NCBI RefSeq assembly: GCF_006345805.1 | Contig: NC_043006.1 | Span: 43,834,001-43,898,000 of the forward strand | Reading direction: 5' to 3' | From: Octopus sinensis | Taxonomy: Eukaryota | DNA: 64,000 nucleotides | In this document: piece after piece, positions 12,845 to 23,215 of the stretch | Numbering within the stretch: position 1 is the stretch's first letter | Layout of the letters: each line of letters opens with the position of its first letter | Notes under the pieces: generated by a model | Seen by the model: the letters and a program-made list of their open reading frames with translations, nothing else | Databases searched by the model: none | Told to the model about the DNA's origin: nothing | Made by a program: the position numbers and the translations under genes

Positions 12845-13759
12845 TCAATACTACCCCATGGACAGTGATAAAAGAGAGGAGGGAGCTGGGAACAGAAAAG
12901 GAATAAGTGACCAAATAAATGATGGGAATGAATAAATAGTGGAGGATATAGTGAGGGAGGGGAAGGGCAAAGGAGAGGAAGCTGGTGACCAGGGTGAGGG
13001 GCATTATGGGGTGTGGCAGCATCAGCAGCAGCAGTTTGTGTGTGTGTGTGTGTGTGTATGGTGATTGATGGTGAAGGGATAGAAATTGAAGAGAATTAAT
13101 ACAGGGAGCTGGTAAAAGTAGAAATAGGGAACAAACAGGGATGAAAAGAGAGGTGGAAAAAGGGTGGAGAGAGAGACCGAGAGAGAGAGACTTTATGCAT
13201 GTGTGTGCGTGTGTATGTGCATGTGGGAAAGAGAGTGTATTTCACAGGCATGCATGTGTGTTTGTGTATGTGTGCATCTGAACAGTAATAGATTGTTTTT
13301 ATATTTGTCCAGTGGTGGTGATGATGGAATGACAATGATGGCAATGGTCATTGTGGTGATGCTGGTGGTAGTGATGATGATGATGATGACGACGACGACG
13401 GCGCTTATATTTGACTGCTGCTATTGCATGCACATTCCCCCTTCAAATAACACACTCATTTCACCACCACGACTAACACGGCCACCACTGCAAAACCATC
13501 AATACTGCCTCCTTTCTTTGCACACCATTTCTCCAGAACCACACGCACACACACACACACACACACACTTCACAAAACCAACCACTACACTGACTTAGCT
13601 GGTGGAACACAATACAGAATGTTTAGCAAATGACTCATATATAAACCATTCCACCACTCTTCCCTTACCTCCCCCACCCACCCCCCACCGCCAACCCCCC
13701 AACTCCTTGATGCTTTACCTTAACAAACCATTAGCAACAATAACTACCATAACAACTAC

Positions 13760-13760
13760 A

Positions 13761-13814
<54 letters not shown>

Positions 13815-13965
13815 TTTCTAACCCTTGCTTTTAGAATAAGTCTTACTGAACATTTATCAACAGCTTATAATGATGATGATGAGGATAATAATAAGAATAA
13901 TAATCATGATGATTATGCTGATGATGATAATAATAATGATAATAATAATCATGATGATGCTGATG

Positions 13966-14018
<53 letters not shown>
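13760..14018. repeat. (CT)n followed by (ATG/AAT)n microsatellites
   Basis: Pure ct run 13762-13810 and gat/aat runs 13868-14018. Confidence 0.9.
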
Positions 14019-14019
14019 T

Positions 14020-14234
14020 CTTTCTACTATAGGCACAAAAATTTGTGGGGAGGGGGGACCTGTCAATTTGATCGACCTCAGTATGCAACTGGTACTTTGT
14101 TTATTCGACCCCCAAAAGGATAAAAGGCAAAGTCGACCTCAGTGGAATTTGAACTCAGAATGTAGCGACGGGCAAAATACCACTAAGCATTTATTTCATC
14201 CAGAGTGCTAACGATTCTGCCAACTTGCCGTCTT
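14020..14234 (-). mobile_element. tRNA-derived SINE, family B (core gtcgactttgcctttcatcc...ggggtcga), embedded in (AAT)n
   Basis: tcgacccccaaaaggataaaaggcaaagtcgacctcagtggaatttgaactcagaa (minus-strand B box ttctgagttcaaattcc) ... gctaacgattctgccaac; aat repeats on both sides. Confidence 0.88.
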
Positions 14235-14850
14235 AATAATAATAATGATGATGATGACAATGAAAATAATAATGACAATCAAAATAACAATAACAATAAA
14301 GAATTATATCATCATCATCATCATCAACATTGTCATTGCAATCGTCGTTACTAACATCAACATTATCATCACAATCATCATTATTATTATCATCATCGAC
14401 AGCATTAACATCAGCAGTAGCACTAGCATCACAAATCTTCATTGTCATCATCACCATCATCACCATCATCATCACAATCATTGTCATCATCCGCTATTAT
14501 TAACAGCTGCAATATCTTTCTTTTTTTTTTTCTTTTTTTTTTTTATTGTTGGCATGGCTGGTTCTGCTCCTTCAGTATTTCAATAGTTCAACTACCCCCC
14601 CCCCGCCCCCACCCCACCCAACAACCCACCCACTTCACTTTCTGCAGACAAAGGCTTATGCTTCAGAATTATTATTCCCACCCTGATCCAAAATTATTAT
14701 GCATTAATTGTTTGGTAAACAGAGAGAAAAAAATTAATAAATGAAAACTTGATTATAGAAATTCTTAGATTTAAAAGAGTTTATAGATACATATATATAT
14801 ATATATACACACACAAAAAACATGATGTTTGTATATATGTGTGTATATAT

Positions 14851-14885
<35 letters not shown>

Positions 14886-15006
14886 GATGCAGACATTGAT
14901 GTTGAAGTTAAGAAGCTTGACTTGTAACCAGATGATCTATGGTTCAATTCAACTGTGTGGCATGTGAGAGAAAGTGTTAAGATAGAAACTGCATAGAAGC
15001 ATGTAA

Positions 15007-15039
<33 letters not shown>

Positions 15040-15141
15040 ATGTGTATACATGTGCACACATGCATCACAACTGCACCACTAAGAAGGAATTTGGTTTCTT
15101 AGCATCCATAACAGTTAGTGGTTCAGCAAGAATTCTTTTTT

Positions 15142-15454
15142 TTAACCCTTTTGTTACCATATTTCTGTTGAGATGCTTTGTGTTTCTTTCAATTAATTTT
15201 AAATATAACAAAGAATTTTGTAAAATAACTTAGTTGTCATTAAGCTAGTGTTAGGAACATAAATTGTGACTAAGGTTTGATGGAAGATTTTAATTCAGAA
15301 CTTTTGGAAACAAGACGTTTGTACTACAGAGCCAGAGATGGTTTTAGGCAAGTTTGTATTAAAAGCGTTGAGAATTGTTTCTCTATTATACATTTTAATC
15401 CTTTTGTTACCATATTTTTATTGAGATGCTCTGTTCTTCTTTCAATTAATTTTT
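15142..15454 (+). mobile_element. piggyBac-like MITE family P1: one full copy, 23-nt spacer, truncated second copy
   Basis: ttaacccttttgttacc...aaaagcgttga (15142-15371), spacer 15372-15394, then ttaatccttttgttacc...caattaatt (15395-15454). Confidence 0.85.
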
Positions 15455-15612
15455 GGTAAGAGTATGTGTGTGCCTGTGGACATGCATGCATATACACATA
15501 TTCATTTTATACTTACACAAGCATATACAGATACATATGTAAAACACACACACACACATACACAAAATATACAAACGTACACAGATATTTATGTGTGTGT
15601 GTGTATAATATA

Positions 15613-15778
15613 ATAATAATGGTATTTTTTTATAAGCTTAAAGCAATCACCATGCAAATGACTAAAAAAAAAGTCTAATAATAATGGGGCATATAAGATG
15701 GAAACTGCATTGAAGCCTTAGTCATTTGCAAAGTGACTGGTATAAGTTTTAAGCTTGTAAAAAAAATACCATTATTAT
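15613..15778. mobile_element. Foldback MITE with about 55-bp terminal inverted repeats
   Basis: ataataatggtattttttt-ataagcttaaa...tgcaaatgactaa pairs with ttagtcatttgca...ttaagcttgtaaaaaaaataccattattat. One arm recurs at 47925. Confidence 0.75.
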
Positions 15779-15851
15779 CATTATTAACAGAATTGTAAAA
15801 CTCGACACCACTTAACAAAACCATTCACACCGAAATGTATATATGCATGTA

Positions 15852-15890
<39 letters not shown>

Positions 15891-15988
15891 GATAATAAAT
15901 GTATAAACACAGGTACATACATATGCATAAATGTAAAAACATACATGTATATAACAAATACATAAGTATATGCAAATATATACATAGA

Positions 15989-16034
<46 letters not shown>

Positions 16035-16134
16035 CGCACACATGTACATACATACACACATATATATGCATATACACATATCCATGTATATATCATCATT
16101 TAACGAGTGTGCATACATGTGTGCTTCATGTATA

Positions 16135-16290
16135 CATGGCTACATGGTTGAAAAGTTAATTTTGCAGCCACATGCTTCCAGGTACCATCCCATTGTGTGG
16201 CATCTTTGGCAAGTGCTGACCTAAGCCAAACTATTGCCTTGATAGTGAATTTGGTAGGTGAGAGCGGTACAAAGCCTATAGTGCGTGTGT
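16135..16290 (+). mobile_element. Degenerate family A SINE 5' fragment
   Basis: catggctacatggtt...gcagccacatgcttccaggt...tgtgtggcatctttggcaagtg...gaatttggtagg. Confidence 0.55.
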
Positions 16291-17833
16291 GTGCACATGT
16301 GTGCGTGTGTGTACATGAATGTTCACTTTTTACACTTTACCTGAAAAAGTTTACAGATATCAACATTCCTTTATTAATAAATTTGGCTGATAGCTCTATA
16401 GTCTTCAATCCACACTTCCTGGAGATGAGTGAAATGAAGACCCACTTTCTTGCAAAAACAGGTAAAGGTTAGCAACAGGAAGAGCATCCCAGCGTAAAAC
16501 ATTGTTTGAATAACATATATCTCTCCCAACTCATGCAAACATGGAAAACAGGCATAAAACAAATGGCAAATATACATACACACACCCACATGTATGTAAG
16601 TATGTATGTATGTAGGTATGTATATGTGTGAGTGTATGCATGAACACAAGAACATGTATGCTTATGTGTAACTGTGCATTTGTCTAACTCATGCTACATG
16701 GGAAACAGACATAAAACGAATGAACAAATACACACACACGTGTGAGTGTAAGTGTGTGTGTGTGTGTGTGTGTGGTTGTATGCATGCATGAGTGCATGTT
16801 CACATACACATACAAAAACATAGGCTTGTGAATATAGCCATGCTTATGTGTATATGTACATGTGCACACAGGACGATTCTATGTATGTGTGTACAGAGAG
16901 AGAAAGAGAGAGACCTGCTACACGCACACACACACAAAAGTTAAATGGATAAAATATCATGATAGAAGGTAAAACATAATAAAGGTGCAAAAAAATAAGT
17001 TACAAAAAAGTTGTCTAAATGAACAAGTGAAAGAGAAAATATATGTATGGAATGAAAGATAAGAAATAATCTGAAAAATCTTGAGAGGTAAGTCAGAAAC
17101 AGTAGGGGAAGTCTACAAGAAATATATGGCCCTGTTTTACGCATACATACAAGTATGTATGCAGACATATTAATGTGCATGTGTGTGTGTGTTTGTTTAT
17201 ATTGAAAATATTTGAATATTGTATGCATATGTAGTGTAATGTGCATGTGTGTGATATGTTTGAATGTTGTATGCACATATAGTGTAAAGTGTGTGTGTGT
17301 GTAAATATGTGTGTATGTGTGTGTGTAAATATGTGTGTATGTGTGCGCATGGAAACACAAGTGTGTGTGTGTGTGTGAGTATGTGGGGGAATGTAAGTAA
17401 CTAAATCGATCTCAGACAGTTCCAATGATTAATATTAGAGTTGTTCGATCAGCTGACCTAGAAAATGATTAAACTTTAATGCTGAAAACTGAAAATTCCT
17501 TAGACAATTATGCCCTTCACCTCATCCTGAAAGCAGGGCAGAATCAGTGTGACAAAGTGTGACATAGCCTGGCCCTTTGAATCACAGGTACAATTTCCAC
17601 TGTTTTCATCTCCCACCATCATTTCACAAACGTGATGGCCAACCGGCTAAGAAGTTTGCCTCCCAGTCATGATGTTACTGGTTCAATCACCACTATGCAG
17701 CATCTTATACAACTGTCTTTTATCATCATTTCAAATCCCCTGCCAATAATATTTGTGTAAACTTACACAACAGATACAAAACAAGTCAAGTTTACCTATT
17801 TTTTTTCATAGATTGTAAAAATAATGAATAGCA

Positions 17834-18426
17834 TTAACCCATTGCCCTTTAAACTGATCATATCCAGCACAAAATATTCTACCTGTTTTCTATTCAAACT
17901 GGCCAGATCTGGTCTCTTACACCTATCCTACAATGTCATTCCAAGAATAAGCAATCACATCATCAAAATTTCAAAACTTATGAGGTAATGCATGATTAAT
18001 TGAAAATACGCTTTACGGTAAGTTTTATGCTCACTGCGGTCTCTCACCTCTTGAGGGAACTCTTCTGATAAGGAGATTACAGTGGTTTGGTCATGCATTG
18101 CGGTGCCTCGTGATGAACTCATCCAGAAGGCAATAGCACTAGATCCTGCCCTGTGTTAGCTCACAACAGTCAAAGCAGATATGGAGCTTGTTTCCAGCTC
18201 TCAAGTCTTTGGGGATCATCGCTGAAACCAGGAATGACTTCCACATGCTGCAGAATCAGCTGCTGGAAGATGTACAGGGACTGCTTTGACCCATGATAAG
18301 ATGAACTCAATGGAAGCCAGTTTAACCCCTTCTGAGTGAATACCATAAAGAGACAAGACAATTGAAAACACTGTGAATAAATAAGCATTTTGATTTAACA
18401 GAATAATCAGAATGTTAAAGGATTAA
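17834..18426 (+). mobile_element. piggyBac-like MITE family P2, interrupted by an RTE fragment
   Basis: Starts ttaaccc, contains aatattctacctgtttt...caaactggccagatc...ctacaatgtcatt, resumes gtgaataaataagcatt...cagaataatcagaatgttaaaggattaa. Confidence 0.8.
18010..18359 (+). mobile_element. 5'-truncated RTE-clade LINE 3' end (decayed)
   Basis: From 18068 IRRLQWFGHALRC, then shifted DELIQKAIALDPALC*LTTVKADMEL (RTE-type RRLRWFGH motif); caag-type tail; 12-bp TSD aattgaaaatac (17998-18009) / aattgaaaacac (18360-18371). Confidence 0.8.
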
Positions 18427-18514
18427 TTGATTTTTGAGTCCTACTGAGGCCTCATCAGGTGTCTATGTCACTTGACAAATCACAGGGAAACAAGCAACTA
18501 CTTTATTTATATAC

Positions 18515-19053
18515 AGGTGTAGGCAGGGCTGTGTGGTAAGAAGTTTTCCTCCCGACCACATGGTTCTGGGTTCAGTTCCACAGTGTGGAACCTTGGGCAA
18601 GTGTCTTCTACTATATCGTCAGGTTGACCAAAACTTTGTGAGTGGATTAGGTACACAGAAAATGAAAGAAACTTATCACATATATATTTATATATGAATG
18701 GTACTGCCCAGGTGCCAAAACCATTATGATATCTGTGGGGCAGCTGATGATGGCAGTATATTGGATTGTTGGTATGGCTGTTTTTGTATATGTGGAATAG
18801 TGTTATAACACATCCTCTTGATATATCTAAGTGTGTGTCTTAGTGTCTGTACTTGTTCCCTACTAACACTTGGCAACTGGTGTTGGTGTGTTTACATCCC
18901 TGTAACTTAGTGGTTTGCTAAATGAAACCTATAGAATAAGTACCAGGTTTTTTAAAAAAAGTATTAAGGTCAATTCATTCAGCTAAAAAAAATTCAAGAC
19001 AGTGCCCCAGCATGGCCACAGACAAATGACTGAACAAGTGAAAAATATAAGAA
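18515..19053 (+). mobile_element. Family A SINE, full length, with a 125-bp foreign insert at 18696-18820
   Basis: ggctgtgtggtaagaag...accacatggttctgggttcagttcc...accttgggcaagtgtcttctactata ... cagcatggccacagacaaatgactgaacaag. Confidence 0.88.
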
Positions 19054-19183
19054 GCCGACCAAATCTTGTAGCTCCAGAGGACAGGAACTGCTAATCCATA
19101 TTGTAAGTGTTTAATATTTTATTTTGTATGAGAGTCCTGTTGTTGGGAAACTCCATTCACGCGGTATCAAGGTATGATGATAT

Positions 19184-19380
19184 GATATGTGCAAACTTAT
19201 ATAGCTAGACATGAAGAAAATGGCATACACACACACACACACACACACACACAAGTGTTTGAATAAACAGGCATACATACCCATTCGTACACACATACAT
19301 ACACATCTATCTGATAGAAACACACATACACAAACACCATACCTCTATGTTTATTATAAGATTGTAGCGACAACACCAGC
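19184..19380 (+). repeat. Dispersed direct duplication, copy 1 (copy 2 at 22700-22916)
   Basis: gatatgtg.aaacttatatag.tagacatgaagaaaatggc...attgtagcgacaacaccagc present twice; about five substitutions plus (CA)n length differences. Confidence 0.92.
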
Positions 19381-20926
19381 AACAACAACAACAATAATAA
19401 TAATAATAATGATGATAATAATAATAATAATAATCTCACATAAAACTTTTGAAAATATGATGATAAATAACAAAAGTAAAAGAAAGGGAGAAAAAGCTAA
19501 AAAAAGACAAGTTTTTTTTTTTTTGTTTTTGAAAAAACTTTTCCCCACTTTGATAATTTCCGAGAAACTGATTCCATTGACAGCAGACTTATGGAGAGCA
19601 ACGCGCAAGAATTGGTAACAGTTTGCAGTTGATTGACCACAGAGTATCTCTTTTCTGTTTGCGATTTTGTTCTTTTTATCCCCCTTTTTTTCTTTTCTTT
19701 TTTTTTTTTCTTTTTCCTTGTTCATTCTGCATTGCCCTGCTCTGCCAAAGTACACTCAATGCATTGTACTGCAACTGAACGAAGTATGATGCATGTATAT
19801 GATTCTTCAAAGTGATGTCAGATATCACTTCACTCTGGCTGGCTGGCAGCATGAGGAAAGTCAACAATAATGACAACAACAACAATAATAACAAGAATGA
19901 TGATGATGATGATGATGATGTAGGAAGCCAAATATATATATATTTTTTTAGGAAACATAGGGAAGAGAAAATGAATTATGGCTAGATGAAGTGCACAGTA
20001 AAGAAAATGCATAGAAGGTGAAGAGGGGGCAGGGAGAGATTTCATCATTCCTTAACCAATAGCAGAATTGAAAGGATGTGTGTGTGTGTGTATATATATG
20101 GATAGATACATATACACATAGCTGTACACATACATACAAAGATATATATAGACACACACACAAATAAATAAATAAAAACACACATATGCACACACACATA
20201 CACACATATATATACATACACACAGACATACATGCAGATGCATATACACAGATATATACACACACAAGGTTGTAGGAATTGAGGAAAATATCAATATTTT
20301 ACATTGTATATACACACACACACACACACACACACGTATATACGTATGCACATTCACACACATATACAGAAATAAAACAAAGAGGGGAGATTAGAATAAT
20401 GGTTCAGTGGAATTGCTAAGAGATGAAGTTAAAGGATAAAGAAGAAAAAAAGTGGGGGGACAATGGACCCAGCCTTTGGACTAACAGACTGCAGGGGCTG
20501 GGATACATGAGAGCCAAGAAAGGAAAAGGAATAAAATATAACAGGGTGTATATGTATGCGTATGCATATACATGTGTGTATACGTGCATACATTGCAGGT
20601 TAAGTAAGCGAGAGGCAAGCCAGAGAGAGTTAGACAAAAACCAGTCAGGGATGGAAGCTGGAAATTCTGGTTTTTGGCAGTGGCTTGCTCTCCAATCATT
20701 TAATCTGTGTTCCTGCCATAAGTGAGAGAGGCTGACTCTGTAAATCGATGGCCAATCTGCTTCATCAGGTTTGAGCTTCGAAATAAATCAAAATGACAAC
20801 TAGATATTATAAATGACATCTTAATGTATCTATTACTCCTATATTTACTCTATTTCACCTCCCACCACTCACACACACACACATACATACATTCCTCTCT
20901 GGCCTTAACGCCACTTGATGTATATA

Positions 20927-20985
<59 letters not shown>

Positions 20986-21579
20986 GCTCTCTTTCTAATG
21001 TATTCAATATATACACATATTTCTGAAACAGTAATTTCACTATATTACACATACATACAAGGGGCAGGGATAGATTTACAAACATCGAACATATCAACAT
21101 ACTTTGATGCATATGTACCTGTGTATTTGTGTGCATGTACGCGCATGCACACGTATGGACTTCCCATTGTGGTTGCATGGAATAGTATGTCATATGCATA
21201 TGTATGCACACATATGGACATAGAAATACTCAAACATAAAATCCACATTCCTCACTACACACACACACACAAATAAATATTGAGCATGAGACAGAGTGTG
21301 TGGGAATGGGGGGAGAGAGAGAAAGGGAAAGAAGTGGGGAGGAAAAGCTATGCATATATATATACACTCATGGAAAAAAATAAAATATTCTATATTTATC
21401 TAATGACAAAGCAGATTGACAGGAGACATTCCATATAAGTACTGTCTTGTATATTCAATATAGCAATTTCTTCCTCTAACATTACAGCAACTGTTAGCTC
21501 GGCAAGATGGAAGCAATATTAGTGTCAAACTGGAGGGACAACATCTTAAGATAAACAGCAGCACTTTCAAATACCACTA

Positions 21580-21611
21580 ATGTAGTAGTAGTAATAGTGG
21601 TGGTGGTAGTG

Positions 21612-21691
<80 letters not shown>

Positions 21692-21700
21692 AGCAGCAGC
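21580..21700. repeat. (TAG)n(CAG)n compound microsatellite
   Basis: Direct reading. Confidence 0.9.
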
Positions 21701-21944
21701 CATTCAAGAATTTGGACCTGGAGATCTCCATTTCCAGCGACTTCGAGGGCCACCTTCCAGTGGTGTTGGGCGTCAAAGAAGAGCCCTCGACTACAGCAAG
21801 ACGACCAGTTTTTTTTTTCCTCCCCCCAAGGTCTGGGGTCTCCGCCTCTAAGCCCTAGACCATCACCTAATCACCCTTACCCGTCTTGTTGCTTAACAAC
21901 AACAGCAGCAGCAGCAACAGTAGCGGTGGTAGTAGTAGTAGTAG

Positions 21945-22170
21945 TATCTGTTTCTAATTTGGGCACAAGGCCAGCAGTTTTAAAAGGGGGGAAATTAATC
22001 AATACCACTGACCACAGTGCTTAACTGGTTACTTTATTTTATTAACCCCGCCAAAAAAGGAACGAAAGGTAAAATTGGCTTCAGTGTGATTTGAACTCAG
22101 AATGTAAAGGTAAGTCACCAAGTGCCGTGAAACTAATCGTATAGTGTTCAAATGATGCTGATCGGTGCTT
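21945..22170 (-). mobile_element. Degenerate family B SINE
   Basis: ggcacaaggccagcag...aactggttacttt...gaaaggtaaa...gatttgaactcagaatgtaaag. Confidence 0.7.
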
Positions 22171-22224
22171 GACTATTTCTAACCCTCTAAAGATGATGAT
22201 GAGGAGGAGGAGGAGGAATTTTAA

Positions 22225-22636
22225 CCTGAGTAACAAAATCATGAATTTGTGAAGTTGAAGACACAGTCATTGAAATCAATATTAGCATATCCATCAAGCT
22301 CAGCAAAGAAAACAGCAAAGCTGAGGCTGAGAAGGATCTGATCTCAGAATGTACAAGAGCATAACTGAAAACTGTTGGGCATTTAGCCACAGTATGCTAT
22401 CGTTTCAGCAATGATGGGGAAGAATGCAATGAGAAAGTTCCTTCCAATGGAGTAGCATTGTTGATGCTTTGGAATGGGACAACATTCCGAAAGCAATGTT
22501 CTGCTAAACTTTGCCGAGGAGGTAGACTCGTCAGAACCAAAGTTCTCCCTCAGAAGTTTCAAATCTTGAGTCAATTTGGATTAAAGCCACTCAGCCACTT
22601 TCACTTCCACAGAAACATTGAACTTCTACTGGAGTA
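22225..22636 (+). mobile_element. Possible heavily decayed L1/Tx1-type ORF2 fragment
   Basis: Non-repetitive coding-like composition. Frames give IKLSKENSKAEAEKDLISECTRA and SSIVDALEWDNIPKAMFC, loosely like the Tx1 endonuclease-RT linker. Stops in all frames; assignment from memory only. Confidence 0.3.
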
Positions 22637-22699
22637 ACAACAACAACAACAGGACAATTTTATATTTCTGAGATGAGTAATTTACATTATGTAAATTAA

Positions 22700-22738
22700 G
22701 ATATGTGTAAACTTATATAGTTAGACATGAAGAAAATG

Positions 22739-22785
<47 letters not shown>

Positions 22786-22916
22786 TTTGAATAAACAGGC
22801 ATACATACCCATTCGTACACACATACATACACATCTATCTGATAGAAACACACATACACACACACACAAACACCATACCTCTACGTTTATTATAAGATTG
22901 TAGCGACAACACCAGC
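22700..22916 (+). repeat. Dispersed direct duplication, copy 2 (copy 1 at 19184-19380)
   Basis: See copy 1. Confidence 0.92.
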
Positions 22917-22959
22917 TTTCATTTGAATTAGTGCCCTCACCTTGATAGTTTCAATCATT

Positions 22960-23215
22960 ACATTGGCTTATGCAGTGCAGTCATCTAGAGGTTCTGTGTT
23001 CAATTCCAGGTATGCAAAAAATGTCATGAAACACGGAGAGTAGAATGAGAACAGCGTACCCCCATGGATGAAATAAAGGGATAAGTTTAGAAGAATTCCA
23101 GTACAATAAGGGAGTTCAACACAAGACACCTGAAGAAGGCTGGAGAGTACAACAGCTGAAACGTAATGAAAGCAACAATTAAGATGTCACCAGTCCGACT
23201 AATATAAACAGTTTA
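22960..23215 (+). mobile_element. Penelope-like element remnant carrying a hammerhead-type motif
   Basis: caagacacctgaagaaggctggagagtacaacagctgaaacgt (CTGANGA-stem-GAAAC, typical of Penelope pLTRs), preceded by a degenerate tRNA-like head (gtgttcaattcc). Confidence 0.55.

Noticed and set aside
12366-13022. Longest ORF (218 aa, minus strand)
   Set aside because: Translation of (CT)n, (CCCA)n and other low-complexity tracts; no domain and no splice context.
13602-14123. 173-aa ORF with poly-LS, poly-D/N
   Set aside because: Runs through (CT)n, (AAT)n and a SINE; a microsatellite artefact.
19184-22916. LTR retrotransposon bounded by the 200-bp direct repeats
   Set aside because: No TG...CA termini, PBS, PPT or gag/pol remnants; the interior is mostly microsatellite.
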